Assembly: GCA_001787005.1 (NCBI GenBank)
Contig: MFUV01000004.1
Coordinates: 105,770-169,769, forward strand
Direction: 5' to 3'
Source: Candidatus Nomurabacteria bacterium RIFCSPLOWO2_01_FULL_39_18
GTDB taxonomy: Bacteria > Patescibacteriota > Minisyncoccia > Phycocordibacterales > UBA9973
Length of the DNA stretch: 64,000 bases
A program made the position numbers and the translations under genes. The notes below the pieces were generated by a model. The model searched no databases, was not told where the DNA came from, and saw nothing but the letters and a program-made list of their open reading frames with translations. Shown piece after piece: positions 47,997 to 58,594 of this stretch; the first letter of the stretch is position 1; every line of letters starts with the position of its first letter.

Positions 47997-48234
47997 TAAT
48001 ACTTCTAAGAATTTTTTAAAACCTTTTGGCTCGGCACCTAATTTTCTTTTTCAGCTTCTCTTGTCCTGAATCTATCTGAAGCACGGGCCATATCTTCGGC
48101 CAACTCTTTGTCTTTTACCGGCTCTTCATCTGGTCTAAATGGTCGCATTTTCATAAATTTAAAAATATTAAAACCTGATAATATTGTTAATATTATCACG
48201 ACATTAAATATTGACAATGTTAGTTGTGAACTTT

Positions 48235-50406
48235 TTACTTCCTCGCCGCAATGATAGTTTCAGCCACATTATTAGGTACTATATCGTACCTGAAGAATTC
48301 CATGGTGAAAGAGGCGCGGCCTTCGGTCATTGAGCGTAGTCCGGTCATGTACCCGAACATTTCTGAAAGAGGCACAATGGCGCGAATAACTTTATTCATT
48401 CCTCTGTCTTCCATGCCTTCGATGAGTGCGCGCTTACTCGAGAGGTTGCCGGTGACGTCTCCCATGAATTTGTCTGGAGTAACAACCTCCACCTTCATCA
48501 TTGGCTCTAGAATTACTGGGCTTGCTCTACGGCATGCATCTTGTATCGCCATTGAAGCGGCTATTTTGAACGCCATTTCGTTTGAGTCAACTTCGTGATA
48601 ACTTCCATCCCAGAGATCCACTGAAACATTGACCATCTTAAATCCAGCCAGAACTCCACGGTCGAGCCCCTCTTTAAATCCTTTCTCACAAGGCGCGATA
48701 TATTCCTGCGGAATTACTCCCCCTTTGATGCTATTTATAAATTCAAAACCAGGAGACCTCTTGGTGTTCTTTGGCAAATCTTCAAGTTCTTCTTTAGTCA
48801 GAACTTCCATCGGCTTAACTTTGATCTTCACATGTCCGTAGTTTCCGCGTCCGCCTGACTGTTTGATATATTTGCCTTCAGCTTCAGAGGTGCCACTGAT
48901 CGTCTCACGATAAGCTACTTGCGGCTTGCCGACGTTCGCCTCCACAGTAAATTCGCGCTTCATTCGATCCACAATGATTTCCAAATGTAGCTCCCCCATG
49001 CCGGCAATGATGGTCTCGCCCGTCTCTTGATCTGTAGAAACTTTAAAAGTTGGATCTTCTTGCGCTAGACGATTGAGCGCCATACCCATTTTTTCTTGGT
49101 CTGCTTTTGTCTTCGGCTCAATACGGAGCGAGATGACTGGTTCTGGGAAAACAATTCTGTCTAGAATGATAGCGTTGTCCTCATCACAGAGAGTGTCTGA
49201 AGTAATGGTATCTTTCAGCCCCACCGCGGCGGCAATTTCTCCAGCGAAAACTTTTTTCACTTCTTCACGGTCGTTAGCATGCATTCTTAAAATTCGCCCA
49301 ATTCTCTCTTTGTTACGCGTACGAGGATTGTAGACATAGCTTCCAGCAGAAAGAGTCCCTGAATATACACGGAAGAAAATGAGCTGACCGACGAATGGAT
49401 CGGTGGCAACTTTGAAGGCAAGAGCGGCAAAAGGCTCGGCGTCTGATGCGTTTCTAACGATTGGCTTTTCGTCATTCGGATCAATGCCTGGAATGGGGGG
49501 GATGTCTGTGGGAGCTGGCAAATAATCCACCACGGCATCGAGCACTAGCTGGACACCTTTATTCTTGAGCGCGCTTCCGGCGAAGACTGGGAAAATTTCA
49601 TTCGAAATTACAGCTTTGCGCAAAGTCTTTTTTAATACATCGATGTCGGGAATCATCCCCTCTAAATACTCCGTCATCATCACTTCATCCGTCTCCACTA
49701 TTTTTTCAACAAGTTCACTGTGATACTTCACTGCATCGGCTTTTAGATTCTCGGGGATTTCTTTCTCCACTACTTTATTGCCCATGTCTCCCTCAAAGTA
49801 GAAAGCCTTCATGGTCAGCAAGTCGACAACTCCTTCGAACTTCTCTTCGAGGCCAATAGGAATCTGCACGCGGACAGCCTTCTTGCTAAGCCGGTCTAGA
49901 ATCGTAGCATAAGAATGTTCAAAAGAAGCGCCGGTTCTGTCTAGTTTGTTCACGAAGCAAATGCGAGGCACCTTAGCTTCATCAGCATAACGCCAATTTG
50001 TTTCAGATTGAGGCTCTACTCCGGCCACTCCGTCGAAAACAACTACCGCGCCATCGAGCACACGGAGAGATCTCTTCACTTCTACAGTGAAATCAATGTG
50101 CCCAGGAGTATCGATGATGTTGAAACGATGCTTCAATGGATGTTGAGCACCCGCCTTCGCCAAGGTTTCGGCGGGCACGTATGTTGGTGTCCAGAAACAC
50201 GTGACCGCTGCCGAGGTGATAGTGATGCCACGTTCGCGTTCTTGCTCCATCCAGTCCGTCACCGTTTCTCCTTCATGCACTTCACCTATTTTGTGTGACA
50301 CCCCAGTATAAAAAAGCACGCGTTCAGTCGTGGTTGTCTTGCCCGCGTCAATGTGCGCGATAATTCCAAAATTTCTAACTTTTTCTAGAGGATAATCTCG
50401 TTCCAT
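48235..50406 (-). CDS. fusA: elongation factor G
   Basis: [14 protein letters not shown], domain IV/V; str operon order rpsL-rpsG-fusA. Confidence 0.97.
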   Translation of the reverse strand: MERDYPLEKVRNFGIIAHIDAGKTTTTERVLFYTGVSHKIGEVHEGETVTDWMEQERERGITITSAAVTCFWTPTYVPAETLAKAGAQHPLKHRFNIIDTPGHIDFTVEVKRSLRVLDGAVVVFDGVAGVEPQSETNWRYADEAKVPRICFVNKLDRTGASFEHSYATILDRLSKKAVRVQIPIGLEEKFEGVVDLLTMKAFYFEGDMGNKVVEKEIPENLKADAVKYHSELVEKIVETDEVMMTEYLEGMIPDIDVLKKTLRKAVISNEIFPVFAGSALKNKGVQLVLDAVVDYLPAPTDIPPIPGIDPNDEKPIVRNASDAEPFAALAFKVATDPFVGQLIFFRVYSGTLSAGSYVYNPRTRNKERIGRILRMHANDREEVKKVFAGEIAAAVGLKDTITSDTLCDEDNAIILDRIVFPEPVISLRIEPKTKADQEKMGMALNRLAQEDPTFKVSTDQETGETIIAGMGELHLEIIVDRMKREFTVEANVGKPQVAYRETISGTSEAEGKYIKQSGGRGNYGHVKIKVKPMEVLTKEELEDLPKNTKRSPGFEFINSIKGGVIPQEYIAPCEKGFKEGLDRGVLAGFKMVNVSVDLWDGSYHEVDSNEMAFKIAASMAIQDACRRASPVILEPMMKVEVVTPDKFMGDVTGNLSSKRALIEGMEDRGMNKVIRAIVPLSEMFGYMTGLRSMTEGRASFTMEFFRYDIVPNNVAETIIAARK

Positions 50407-50415
50407 ATAATTCTC

Positions 50416-50886
50416 TTACCAAGCAAGATGGGCGAAGGCTTTGTTAGCTTCTGCCATTTTATGCGTATCTTCTTTCTTTTTAATAGCTGAACCTTCGTTC
50501 TTGGAAGCAGCAATGAGCTCATCTGCGAGTTTGAGATACATTGGTTTGCCTTTAGTATTACGAGCGGCGTCGCGAATCCATCGCATAGCTAGAGCCATTT
50601 TCCTTTCCGCCCGCACTTCGATGGGCACCTGATAATTCGCGCCTCCGATACGCTTAGAACGCACCTCCGTTGAAGGACCGGCATTTCTCATTGCTAAATC
50701 GAAAATCTCAAGCGGATTTGGATTACTTGTTTTTTCTTTTATCACGTCAAAAGCGGCATACATAACTTTCCTGGCAGTTTCTTTCTTGCCAGACCACATG
50801 ATGTAATTAATAAACTTCTCTAACTTTTGAGAGTTATATACGAAGTCTGGTCCCACCATATTTCGATTTTTTACTTTTCTGCGCAT
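50416..50886 (-). CDS. rpsG: 30S ribosomal protein S7
   Basis: 156 aa, typical S7. Confidence 0.95.
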   Translation of the reverse strand: MRRKVKNRNMVGPDFVYNSQKLEKFINYIMWSGKKETARKVMYAAFDVIKEKTSNPNPLEIFDLAMRNAGPSTEVRSKRIGGANYQVPIEVRAERKMALAMRWIRDAARNTKGKPMYLKLADELIAASKNEGSAIKKKEDTHKMAEANKAFAHLAW

Positions 50887-50895
50887 AATTATTTT

Positions 50896-51312
50896 TTACT
50901 TACTTTTTGGTTTCTTGTTGCCATAGAGAGATCTACCTTGCCGTCTCTTCTCAACTCCTTGTGTGTCGAGCACCCCACGCACGATGTGATATCTCACCCC
51001 GATTAAATCCTTCACGCGCCCTCCGCGGAGCATTACCACAGAGTGTTCTTGCAAATTGTGACCTTCGCCGGGGATATAAGCTGTGACTTCCATGCCATTG
51101 GTCAGACGTACTCTGGCGATCTTTCTTAAAGCTGAGTTTGGTTTCTTGGGAGTGGTTGTTGAAACTTTTATACAAACACCCCTCTTGAACGGAGCTGGTG
51201 AAAAAACTGGCCTATTTTTCAAGACATTAAATCCCTTCGCCAGAGCAACTGTTTTGTGCTTGGAGTGGACTTTGACTCTATTTTTCTTAATTAATTGGTT
51301 TATCGTTGGCAT
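50896..51312 (-). CDS. rpsL: 30S ribosomal protein S12
   Basis: [11 protein letters not shown]...[10 protein letters not shown]. Confidence 0.95.
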   Translation of the reverse strand: MPTINQLIKKNRVKVHSKHKTVALAKGFNVLKNRPVFSPAPFKRGVCIKVSTTTPKKPNSALRKIARVRLTNGMEVTAYIPGEGHNLQEHSVVMLRGGRVKDLIGVRYHIVRGVLDTQGVEKRRQGRSLYGNKKPKSK

Positions 51313-51384
51313 TTTAATGTCTTATATAAAATAAAAGAGTCCGAAGACTCCAAAAGACACTAGAATAATTTACTATAAATAGGC

Positions 51385-52005
51385 CTAAAATGCAATACCA
51401 GTAAACAAACGGAAGAGAAGGGAAAGTATCGGGTACAAATAGCTTGGGAAAAAGACAATGAAAATGAGCAGTAGAACTAGTGAGTACTGTTCGAGGAGTT
51501 TGACGACAGGATCAAAAGAATAGGGCAAAAAAGAAAAAAGTATTTTAGAACCATCAAGCGGTGGAATGGGAACAAGATTAAATATACCTAAAGCTAGATT
51601 TACGATGACAATGGTGGAAGTTATGAAATAAAAATCTGGAGAAACAGACGCGTGAGATGCTAAACGAATGACAATACCAAAAATAAAAGCAATCAAAAAG
51701 TTCGCCAACACACCCGCCACCGCTACGGCCATAGTTCCCCACCTCTTGTTGCTTAAATTATCTGGATTATAAGGCACAGGCTTCGCCCATCCAAATAAAA
51801 ATGGGGAGTGCGCTACTACTAAAATGATTGGTAAAATTATTGAGCCGAAAATATCCAAATGTTTGAGTGGGTTGAGGGTCAGACGTCCGGCAAAACGTGC
51901 TGTTTTATCTCCGAAATACTCCGCCGCGAAACCGTGAGAAACTTCATGAATGACAATGGACATCACGAGTATAGCTATATAGAAAATGGTATTTGTTGCG
52001 CCCAT
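51385..52005 (-). CDS. M50-family site-2 protease-like membrane metalloprotease
   Basis: HEVSHG (HExxH) within a TM helix; polytopic. Confidence 0.6.
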   Translation of the reverse strand: MGATNTIFYIAILVMSIVIHEVSHGFAAEYFGDKTARFAGRLTLNPLKHLDIFGSIILPIILVVAHSPFLFGWAKPVPYNPDNLSNKRWGTMAVAVAGVLANFLIAFIFGIVIRLASHASVSPDFYFITSTIVIVNLALGIFNLVPIPPLDGSKILFSFLPYSFDPVVKLLEQYSLVLLLIFIVFFPSYLYPILSLLFRLFTGIAF

Positions 52006-52047
52006 ATAGATTCTATGATAACATGTGGGGACTAAGAATAAAATAAG

Positions 52048-52293
52048 ATGAAAATATGCGCAATAACAAAGAAGGGTTCAATCGTCGGCGGAGGATATTC
52101 CAACAGGACCCGCGCGACCAAATTCAATCCGACTGGCAAGAAACGAAAATACTTAAATCTTCAAAGGAAGAAAGTTTTTATTCCTGAATTAAATAAATCT
52201 ATCAACATAGAAGCATCTGTTCAAGGTTTCCGCACTATGAAGAAGCGGGGCGCTTACGCCACTCTCCTAAAAGCTGGATTAATAAAAGCTTAA
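52048..52293 (+). CDS. rpmB: 50S ribosomal protein L28
   Basis: ICAITKKGSIVGGGYSNRTRATKFNPTGKKRKY...NLQ pattern. Confidence 0.7.
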   Translation: MKICAITKKGSIVGGGYSNRTRATKFNPTGKKRKYLNLQRKKVFIPELNKSINIEASVQGFRTMKKRGAYATLLKAGLIKA

Positions 52294-53591
52294 GCTGGCA
52301 CAAAAGTAAGCGCAGTTCCCTTCTTGCCCGAACGGCCGGTTCGACCGATGCGGTGCACGTAGGTGTCGTAGGTTTGTGGTACATCGTAGTTTATAACGTG
52401 GGTTACATCTGGGATATCAAGCCCCCTCGCCGCTACATCAGTCGCAATCAAGACATTTATGCGATCTTTTTTAAATGAATCAAGAATTCGAATTCTCTCG
52501 CGACTCCTTTTGTCTCCATGAATTGCGCCTACTTTGAAGCCCATATGCCCAAGCTCTTTCGCTAAAGTATCCACACTGTGTTTCATCTCACGGAAGATTA
52601 GTGTTTTCATTGGACGACCGCCTGCCTGCGCAGACAGGTCTTTTTTCAAAACTTCGTGTAATTTCTCTAATTTTTCTTCTTTGCTTTTAACGCGAATCAC
52701 ATCTTGGTCAATATTCTTTGCTGTTTCGCCAGATACCACAGAAATAAAGACGGGATCTTTCAGATATTGTTCGGTCAACTTTTTAATTTCCGGAGACAAA
52801 GTCGCTGAGAAAAAAAGAGTTTGCCTTTCTTTTGCAGTTTTGCCGATTATATAAACCATATCGTCTCGAAAACCCATATCGAGCATCCTGTCCGCTTCAT
52901 CAAGCACAACAGAATGGCACCCTGACAAATCCAAAACTTTTTTTTCTATCAGATCGCGGAGTCTGCCCGGTGTACCAATAACAAATGAGACACCAAGCTT
53001 TATTTCTCTGATTTGTTTCACGATTGGAAGACCTCCCACGCAAGCCACAGAGAACATCCCGAAACCAAAAGCAAGGGTTTTAAAATCATTTTCTATCTGC
53101 AGAGCGAGTTCGCGGGTCGGAGCCATAATCAAAACAGTTTCTTTTTTATTTTGCCCCTTGGTCTTGAAAATTTTTTCTATCAAGGGCAAAAGAAAGGCCG
53201 CGGTTTTGCCTGTGCCAGTGTTTGCCATACCGAAAACATCTCTGCCTTCTAAAACTATCGGTATTGCTTGGTCTTGAATGGGTCGAGGATGAAGAAACCC
53301 CACCCCTGTGATATTTTTGTGAAGTTGAGAATTAAAGGGAAAATCTAGAAAAGTATGCTTTGAAACATACGGCTTCTCCTCCATGTGTTGACCCTTTTTA
53401 ATGAAACGAGAAAAATCTATCCGCTCGCCCCGCCTAATGCGGGGCGAGCCACTGGATCTGCTTTTATTTTTATTGCCCCCAAAACGAGGACGAGAATTAT
53501 TAAATTTTCCGCTACCGAAGCGGGGTTTTGCCTTTGAGGCAAATTTAGGTCGTCCGAATTTACTCGGAGTGGCCGAATGAGTCTTGTACAT
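52290..53591 (-). CDS. DEAD-box ATP-dependent RNA helicase with Arg/Gly-rich N-terminus
   Basis: Q-motif, ANTGTGKT, DEAD, SAT, HRIGRTGR. Confidence 0.85.
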   Translation of the reverse strand: MYKTHSATPSKFGRPKFASKAKPRFGSGKFNNSRPRFGGNKNKSRSSGSPRIRRGERIDFSRFIKKGQHMEEKPYVSKHTFLDFPFNSQLHKNITGVGFLHPRPIQDQAIPIVLEGRDVFGMANTGTGKTAAFLLPLIEKIFKTKGQNKKETVLIMAPTRELALQIENDFKTLAFGFGMFSVACVGGLPIVKQIREIKLGVSFVIGTPGRLRDLIEKKVLDLSGCHSVVLDEADRMLDMGFRDDMVYIIGKTAKERQTLFFSATLSPEIKKLTEQYLKDPVFISVVSGETAKNIDQDVIRVKSKEEKLEKLHEVLKKDLSAQAGGRPMKTLIFREMKHSVDTLAKELGHMGFKVGAIHGDKRSRERIRILDSFKKDRINVLIATDVAARGLDIPDVTHVINYDVPQTYDTYVHRIGRTGRSGKKGTALTFVPA

Positions 53592-53693
53592 AATGGGTCA
53601 TCCCCAAAATGCAAAAAGAGTGCAAGAAGTGAGAATGATGTCAGAAGAGTAGCATTTTGCTACTAATTTGTCAATTGTTCCGTAATTGTAAAT

Positions 53694-54497
53694 TTATCTA
53701 CCCTCTTGCAAGGGTTTAATTATGCTAAAAATATATTTATTTATTTCACTAGCGTTACTAAGAATAAATTTAGTATTTGTATAATCTTTTTCTTCTTCAC
53801 CGGAGAAATCAATGATTTTCGCCCCAGCCTCAAGGGCAATGAGCTTACCTGCAGCAAAATCGTGAAACTCAATATTATCAGTAATTATTGATTCAATCTT
53901 TCCCAAAGCAAGTAGACAGTAATCATGAGCCCCAGACCAGTTGTAAAGAACCCTCTTACAACCTGCACCAACTAAAGAAAACATTAGTTTGCCCAAATAA
54001 TCACGGTCAATTTTGTAGCCACAAATATAGGCAACGGTTGTCTTATTTTTATCAATAACATTATTAACTTTTATTCGCCTGCCGTTTACATATGTCCCAC
54101 CATTTTTTATGGCAGAATAAGTCTGATCTATTATTGGCTGATAAATAACACCCGCAACAGATTCATTTTTATAGAGTAAGGCGATTGAAATAGAAAAATT
54201 AGGGATACCTATTACAAAATTATTTGTGCCATCCATGGGATCTATAACTAGGGTATAGTCAGAATTTTTATTAGTTTTACCTTCTTCCTCGGAGTGAATG
54301 TTATACCGGGGAAATTCTTTCTTTAAGATTTTTAAAATACTTTTTTCAGAATTTAAATCCGCTTTCGTTTGAAAATCCGCTAAAGTTGATTTCTCGGTTA
54401 CATCCATAACCTGACCAAAATATTTTCTTAAGACCCTCCCTCCGGCATGAGCAGCTTTTATTAAAATTTGCAGATCTTTACTTGCTGTCCTTTTCAT
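53694..54497 (-). CDS. inositol monophosphatase family protein (SuhB/CysQ-like)
   Basis: VIDPMDGTNNF and FHDFAAG motifs; start adjusted to an internal Met. Confidence 0.7.
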   Translation of the reverse strand: MKRTASKDLQILIKAAHAGGRVLRKYFGQVMDVTEKSTLADFQTKADLNSEKSILKILKKEFPRYNIHSEEEGKTNKNSDYTLVIDPMDGTNNFVIGIPNFSISIALLYKNESVAGVIYQPIIDQTYSAIKNGGTYVNGRRIKVNNVIDKNKTTVAYICGYKIDRDYLGKLMFSLVGAGCKRVLYNWSGAHDYCLLALGKIESIITDNIEFHDFAAGKLIALEAGAKIIDFSGEEEKDYTNTKFILSNASEINKYIFSIIKPLQEGR

Positions 54498-54498
54498 A

Positions 54499-54990
54499 TT
54501 ATTCAAATTGCCTTCCAATAATATTGTTCGGGCTCTCTTTGTTAAAAAGCATCTCGCTATTTTCCAATAAGTAAACACTTTTAATGCCGGCAGAAGTCAT
54601 TTGCTTCCAACACGGCTCACAGCACCACCAGTGACCCCATAGATATAAATCTGCCCCTTCGGGATCTTCTCCATTCTCCTTTGCATTAGCGATTGCTTTG
54701 GGCTCACTATGATTTTTGGGATGGCAGCCCTCACAGAGTTCATACCCCTGGCCCGTTGGAATTCCCCGCTTTACCCTTTCACATTCATGAGTCTCATGGT
54801 AGGTGCTACCGTTTGCCCCTCTACCAATAATTTTCCCGTCTTTCACTACAACGCTTGATGTAGGCATTGTTTTGTCTAATGAATTCAATCTTCCGAATTC
54901 TTTAGCTTCGGCCATAAATGGATTCGATAGTGGAACGTATAAAACAAAACGTCCTTCTGGTTGATATGGATATTTGATATTTTTATTCAT
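54499..54990 (-). CDS. dCMP/cytidine deaminase zinc-binding protein
   Basis: HSEPKAI ... CCEPC zinc ligands; divergent from thyA; ORF-track start 55176 rejected. Confidence 0.7.
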   Translation of the reverse strand: MNKNIKYPYQPEGRFVLYVPLSNPFMAEAKEFGRLNSLDKTMPTSSVVVKDGKIIGRGANGSTYHETHECERVKRGIPTGQGYELCEGCHPKNHSEPKAIANAKENGEDPEGADLYLWGHWWCCEPCWKQMTSAGIKSVYLLENSEMLFNKESPNNIIGRQFE

Positions 54991-55008
54991 TCCACTATAC
55001 TCTACTAC

Positions 55009-55842
55009 ATGACATCTTTTGACACAATATATCAGGGAATTATCAAAAAAATAATGGACGAAGGTATTGAAGAGCTGAATGAACGAACGGGTCATAAGAC
55101 AAAAGCTCTGCCCGGAATCACATTTTCTCTTGATATTGAAAAAGATGGTTTCCCCATTCTCACGCTTCGCAAGCAACCGTTAAAATCTCCAATCGCCGAA
55201 CAGGTTTGGTTTGTACAGGGAGAGAAAGATACAACATTTCTGCGAAAATTTACCAAAATGTGGGACCCTTTTATGGAACCCGATGGCACACTGCCATTCT
55301 CCTACGGCTGGAGGTGGCGCAACCACTTCGGTCGCAATCAGCTCGGAAACACAATCGAGCTTCTGGAAAAAGAACCAAGTTCGCGCCATGGGGTGATCAT
55401 CACTTGGGATCCAAAAGACGATGGACATGGCGGAACACCTAAGAAAAATATCCCTTGCCCTTTTGCCTATACTATAAATATAATCGGTGGCAGACTGCAC
55501 ATGCACAACATTGTCCGCTCTAACGACATGATACTTGGCTGTCCATTTGATGTTTTTGGATTTGCTCTGCTACAATGCATGATCGCGCAGAGACTCGGCG
55601 TTCGTCCGGGAATTTACACCCACACAATATCCAATGCCCATGTTTATGACAATCACTACGAGGGAGCAAGGGAAATAATAAAAAGAACGAATGATCACAA
55701 AAAGGTAGAATTGCATCTGCCAAAAGATTCATTAAAACGAGCAGAGCAAAAAGATGAAGATTTGGTGGGAGAAATTCTGGCAGATTTACAAGCTCAATAT
55801 AACCCCCTTCCGCCAATCAGTGGACTAGAAATTGCTTTATGA
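55009..55842 (+). CDS. thyA: thymidylate synthase
   Basis: IPCPFAYT (Cys nucleophile region), RSNDMILGCPFDVFGFALLQCMIAQ. Confidence 0.85.
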   Translation: MTSFDTIYQGIIKKIMDEGIEELNERTGHKTKALPGITFSLDIEKDGFPILTLRKQPLKSPIAEQVWFVQGEKDTTFLRKFTKMWDPFMEPDGTLPFSYGWRWRNHFGRNQLGNTIELLEKEPSSRHGVIITWDPKDDGHGGTPKKNIPCPFAYTINIIGGRLHMHNIVRSNDMILGCPFDVFGFALLQCMIAQRLGVRPGIYTHTISNAHVYDNHYEGAREIIKRTNDHKKVELHLPKDSLKRAEQKDEDLVGEILADLQAQYNPLPPISGLEIAL

Positions 55843-56372
55843 TTTCCCTTATTGCGGCAATTGGCAGAAATAATGAACTTGGTAAAGGAAATGATTTAGT
55901 CTGGAAATTTCCTGCTGATCAAAAGTTTTTTCGAGAGACCACTTCTGGACATCCGATAATTATGGGACGAAAGACTTTCGAATCCCTCGGGCGTAGCCTT
56001 ACGGGCGAGCCTATCGGCAGGCCCCTGCCGAATCGACAAAATATAGTAATTACTAGAGACAAAAACTATCTACGGAATGGCCTGCCTGCGCAGGCAGGCG
56101 TAGATGTTGTACATTCATTGGACGAAGCATTAAAATTGGTTTCTAAGGAAGAAGAGGTTTTTATAATCGGCGGCGCGGAAATTTTCAGACAAGCCATGTC
56201 CACTGCTGACAGGCTCTACATTACCCACTTTGACGCGGAAGATAAGGGTGCGGATGTGTTTTTCCCAGAAATTGTTCCGGTAGTCTGGAATGAAATATCC
56301 CACCAAGAATTCAAACCGGACTCAGAAAATCCAATCCCTTATATTTTTTCAGTCTATGAAAAATTTACTTGA
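55839..56372 (+). CDS. folA: dihydrofolate reductase
   Basis: MISLIAAIGRNNELGKGNDLVWKFPADQKFFRETT... Confidence 0.85.
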   Translation: MISLIAAIGRNNELGKGNDLVWKFPADQKFFRETTSGHPIIMGRKTFESLGRSLTGEPIGRPLPNRQNIVITRDKNYLRNGLPAQAGVDVVHSLDEALKLVSKEEEVFIIGGAEIFRQAMSTADRLYITHFDAEDKGADVFFPEIVPVVWNEISHQEFKPDSENPIPYIFSVYEKFT

Positions 56373-56446
56373 TAAATTTTAAGGAGCGGAGGATTCCGCC
56401 CCGTAGGGGAAGGACTGTAGCGGGAGAAAATTTATCAAGTAAATTT
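56361..56446. repeat. long hairpin: 20-bp perfect AT-rich inverted repeats flanking a 46-nt GC-rich core (bidirectional terminator-like)
   Basis: AAATTTACTTGATAAATTTT ... AAAATTTATCAAGTAAATTT; the first arm overlaps the folA stop. Confidence 0.7.
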
Positions 56447-56448
56447 TT

Positions 56449-56778
56449 CTAGGGATCTTCGGGTGTTCTGATCCTGATAAAAACATCTTCGCCCTCGGGA
56501 GATTTCTCTTTTTTATATTTTCTTTTTTTATTTATTTCAATTTTTCTAATTAATTCTTTCTCCAGATCAAAACCCATGTTCTCACACATACCGAGAATGA
56601 ATATCATCACATCTGCAAATTCCTCTGCCACGCCCGGCTGATTTTTGTTGTGTTTAGAAAAGGCTTCGGAGAGTTCTTCGTGCGCTCGGCAAAATTCCAG
56701 CGCCACATTGGTGAGGTTGAACCCCTTTTCCACTTTGTTCCGCATTACTTCTTTTTGTAATTCTTTCAAGTCAACCAT
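56449..56778 (-). CDS. MazG-like nucleotide pyrophosphohydrolase
   Basis: All-alpha, EExxE...D pattern: EFCRAHEELSEA ... AEEFADVMIFIL. Confidence 0.6.
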   Translation of the reverse strand: MVDLKELQKEVMRNKVEKGFNLTNVALEFCRAHEELSEAFSKHNKNQPGVAEEFADVMIFILGMCENMGFDLEKELIRKIEINKKRKYKKEKSPEGEDVFIRIRTPEDP

Positions 56779-56805
56779 TCTCTATAATATAGCATTTATG
56801 CGAAG

Positions 56806-56882
56806 CTTCTTGCAATTTTTTGATCCCGAGGGGTCCCACCCGGTACTCCGGGAAGGGCGTAGGGACGAAAAATTGCAAGAAG
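56806..56882. repeat. hairpin: 15-bp AT-rich inverted repeats (CTTCTTGCAATTTTT/AAAAATTGCAAGAAG) flanking a 47-nt GC-rich core related to the 56381-56426 core
   Basis: Cores share CC.CCC.GTA...GGGAAGG..GTAG.GGGA. Confidence 0.6.
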
Positions 56883-56891
56883 CGAAGCTAT

Positions 56892-57896
56892 TTAATCTTT
56901 TTTGCCGAGTGCCTTCAAAATCTTCAAATACATTGCTTCAACAATCTTTTTCTGTTTTCCCCCAGTCGTCACATAATGGTCTAACCCAGGTGCGGCGTTG
57001 ATTTCGATTACGTAATATCTAGAGTTTTTAGGGTTTTTGGCAATATCGCCTTTTGTAACCATAATATCTACACCTGCAATCCGAAGCCCCATATCTCTTG
57101 TGAGCTTTATCGCAATTTTACAAAAATCAGGGTGGATAGTATTTGTCATATCAACGGCATCTCCGCCAGTGGACAAATTGGCATTGTCTAACAAAAATAT
57201 TTTTTCACCTTTGGCAGGGATGCTGCCAAAAGTATAGCCAAGTTTTTTTAATTTAATTTTTATTCTTCTGTCTTCGAAATTTATTCTCGTGTCTCGCTCT
57301 GTTTTTTCAAAAAGTTTTTGCTTTTTCTTTAGCAAGCTAAATATAGAATTTTTACCATCCCCCGTCACAGAAAGCGGGATGCGTTCATATGCAGAAATTA
57401 TTTCTTTATCCAAAACAACAATCCGATAATCCCGGCCCGGTAAATATTTTTCGATGATAGCAACTCTGTCTATTTTGAATACCTCAAGGAGCGCATGACG
57501 CAGTTTTACGGCATCAGAAACAAGGCACACTCCAAGACCTTGGCTTTGGCTGTTGGGTTTTACGATAAGTGGATAGCCAAGTTTCTTTGCATAACTTATC
57601 CCATAGGGAATAGTACGTTTACTTTTTATTATCTTAGCCCAGCTGTCTTTGAAAATAGTTTTGCCTTCTGCCACCGGATAGCCCTTCTTTTTCATGAAAA
57701 ATTTCGCATAATCCTTGTCGCGAGCTATGTCGGAAGAAGCGATGTGATTGAGGTCGAGGGAATACATTCGCAAGGACCGCACCACACCATTTTTATATAT
57801 TATCTGAGCAGCGATCCCCCACTCTGGTTCTACTATCGCTCTCGCTCCGACTTTCGATGCAAGTTTTTTAATTAAGTTTGTTAAATAAGGGAGCAT
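56892..57896 (-). CDS. ATP-grasp ligase, RimK/CofF-like
   Basis: YPLIVKPNSQSQGLGV, EINAAPG ATP-grasp signatures. Confidence 0.65.
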   Translation of the reverse strand: MLPYLTNLIKKLASKVGARAIVEPEWGIAAQIIYKNGVVRSLRMYSLDLNHIASSDIARDKDYAKFFMKKKGYPVAEGKTIFKDSWAKIIKSKRTIPYGISYAKKLGYPLIVKPNSQSQGLGVCLVSDAVKLRHALLEVFKIDRVAIIEKYLPGRDYRIVVLDKEIISAYERIPLSVTGDGKNSIFSLLKKKQKLFEKTERDTRINFEDRRIKIKLKKLGYTFGSIPAKGEKIFLLDNANLSTGGDAVDMTNTIHPDFCKIAIKLTRDMGLRIAGVDIMVTKGDIAKNPKNSRYYVIEINAAPGLDHYVTTGGKQKKIVEAMYLKILKALGKKD

Positions 57897-58566
57897 AAAT
57901 ATCTTTGCTAGCTTTTATTCTTAATTCTTTTTTATTTATTTTGTTGGTGAACACAACTGGAGCTCCGGTTATGATCGCGAGCGGTGTTCTTTCATCTCCC
58001 TCCCCCGTGGAGAGCACTGCCGCGGTGGCCAGGCTGTCAGCAACGTCCGTCCTTGAGAATCTCAATATTCTGCCAAAAATATCTTTTCTGCCGATATAAT
58101 TTCTAACGCCCTTAAATCCAGCATAGCCCAGAGCCAAACCTATTGCTCCCATGCGAAATGGCAAAAACCCCGAATCTGTTATTAGAACTCCTAGATTTTT
58201 CAGCCGGAATTTTTGCGCCAATTTTTTACGTAAAAATTCCGCACTCTTAAAACTATCTTTGGGTAGAAGCATGAGCTTCCCGTTACCATTTGATTCATCA
58301 ATGCCAGAAGCAGCCATAACCATCCCGTCTTTAATGGTGAACCAAGTATTTTTAGTTTTAATAGCAAGAGTGCTTTCTTGTTTTATTAAAGCAATTTTCT
58401 GTTTTTCATTTCTATGCACTACTGTTCTGCCTTCTGACAATGCGACGATCTTAGAAGTTACAACAAGAATGGACTTGTCGGGAATTTTCTTGATATGCTT
58501 AAAAATAAATTCTGGTAAATTTTCATTCTCACGAAAAATACTGGTCCTAGCCGTTTTTATTTCCAT
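57868..58566 (-). CDS. CofE-like (F420-0:gamma-glutamyl ligase family) protein
   Basis: VVTSKIVALSEGR, Gly-rich loops; overlaps the ATP-grasp gene. Confidence 0.5.
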   Translation of the reverse strand: MEIKTARTSIFRENENLPEFIFKHIKKIPDKSILVVTSKIVALSEGRTVVHRNEKQKIALIKQESTLAIKTKNTWFTIKDGMVMAASGIDESNGNGKLMLLPKDSFKSAEFLRKKLAQKFRLKNLGVLITDSGFLPFRMGAIGLALGYAGFKGVRNYIGRKDIFGRILRFSRTDVADSLATAAVLSTGEGDERTPLAIITGAPVVFTNKINKKELRIKASKDIYAPLFNKLN

Positions 58567-58594
58567 TATTATATTTTAATATAATTGCGATAAT

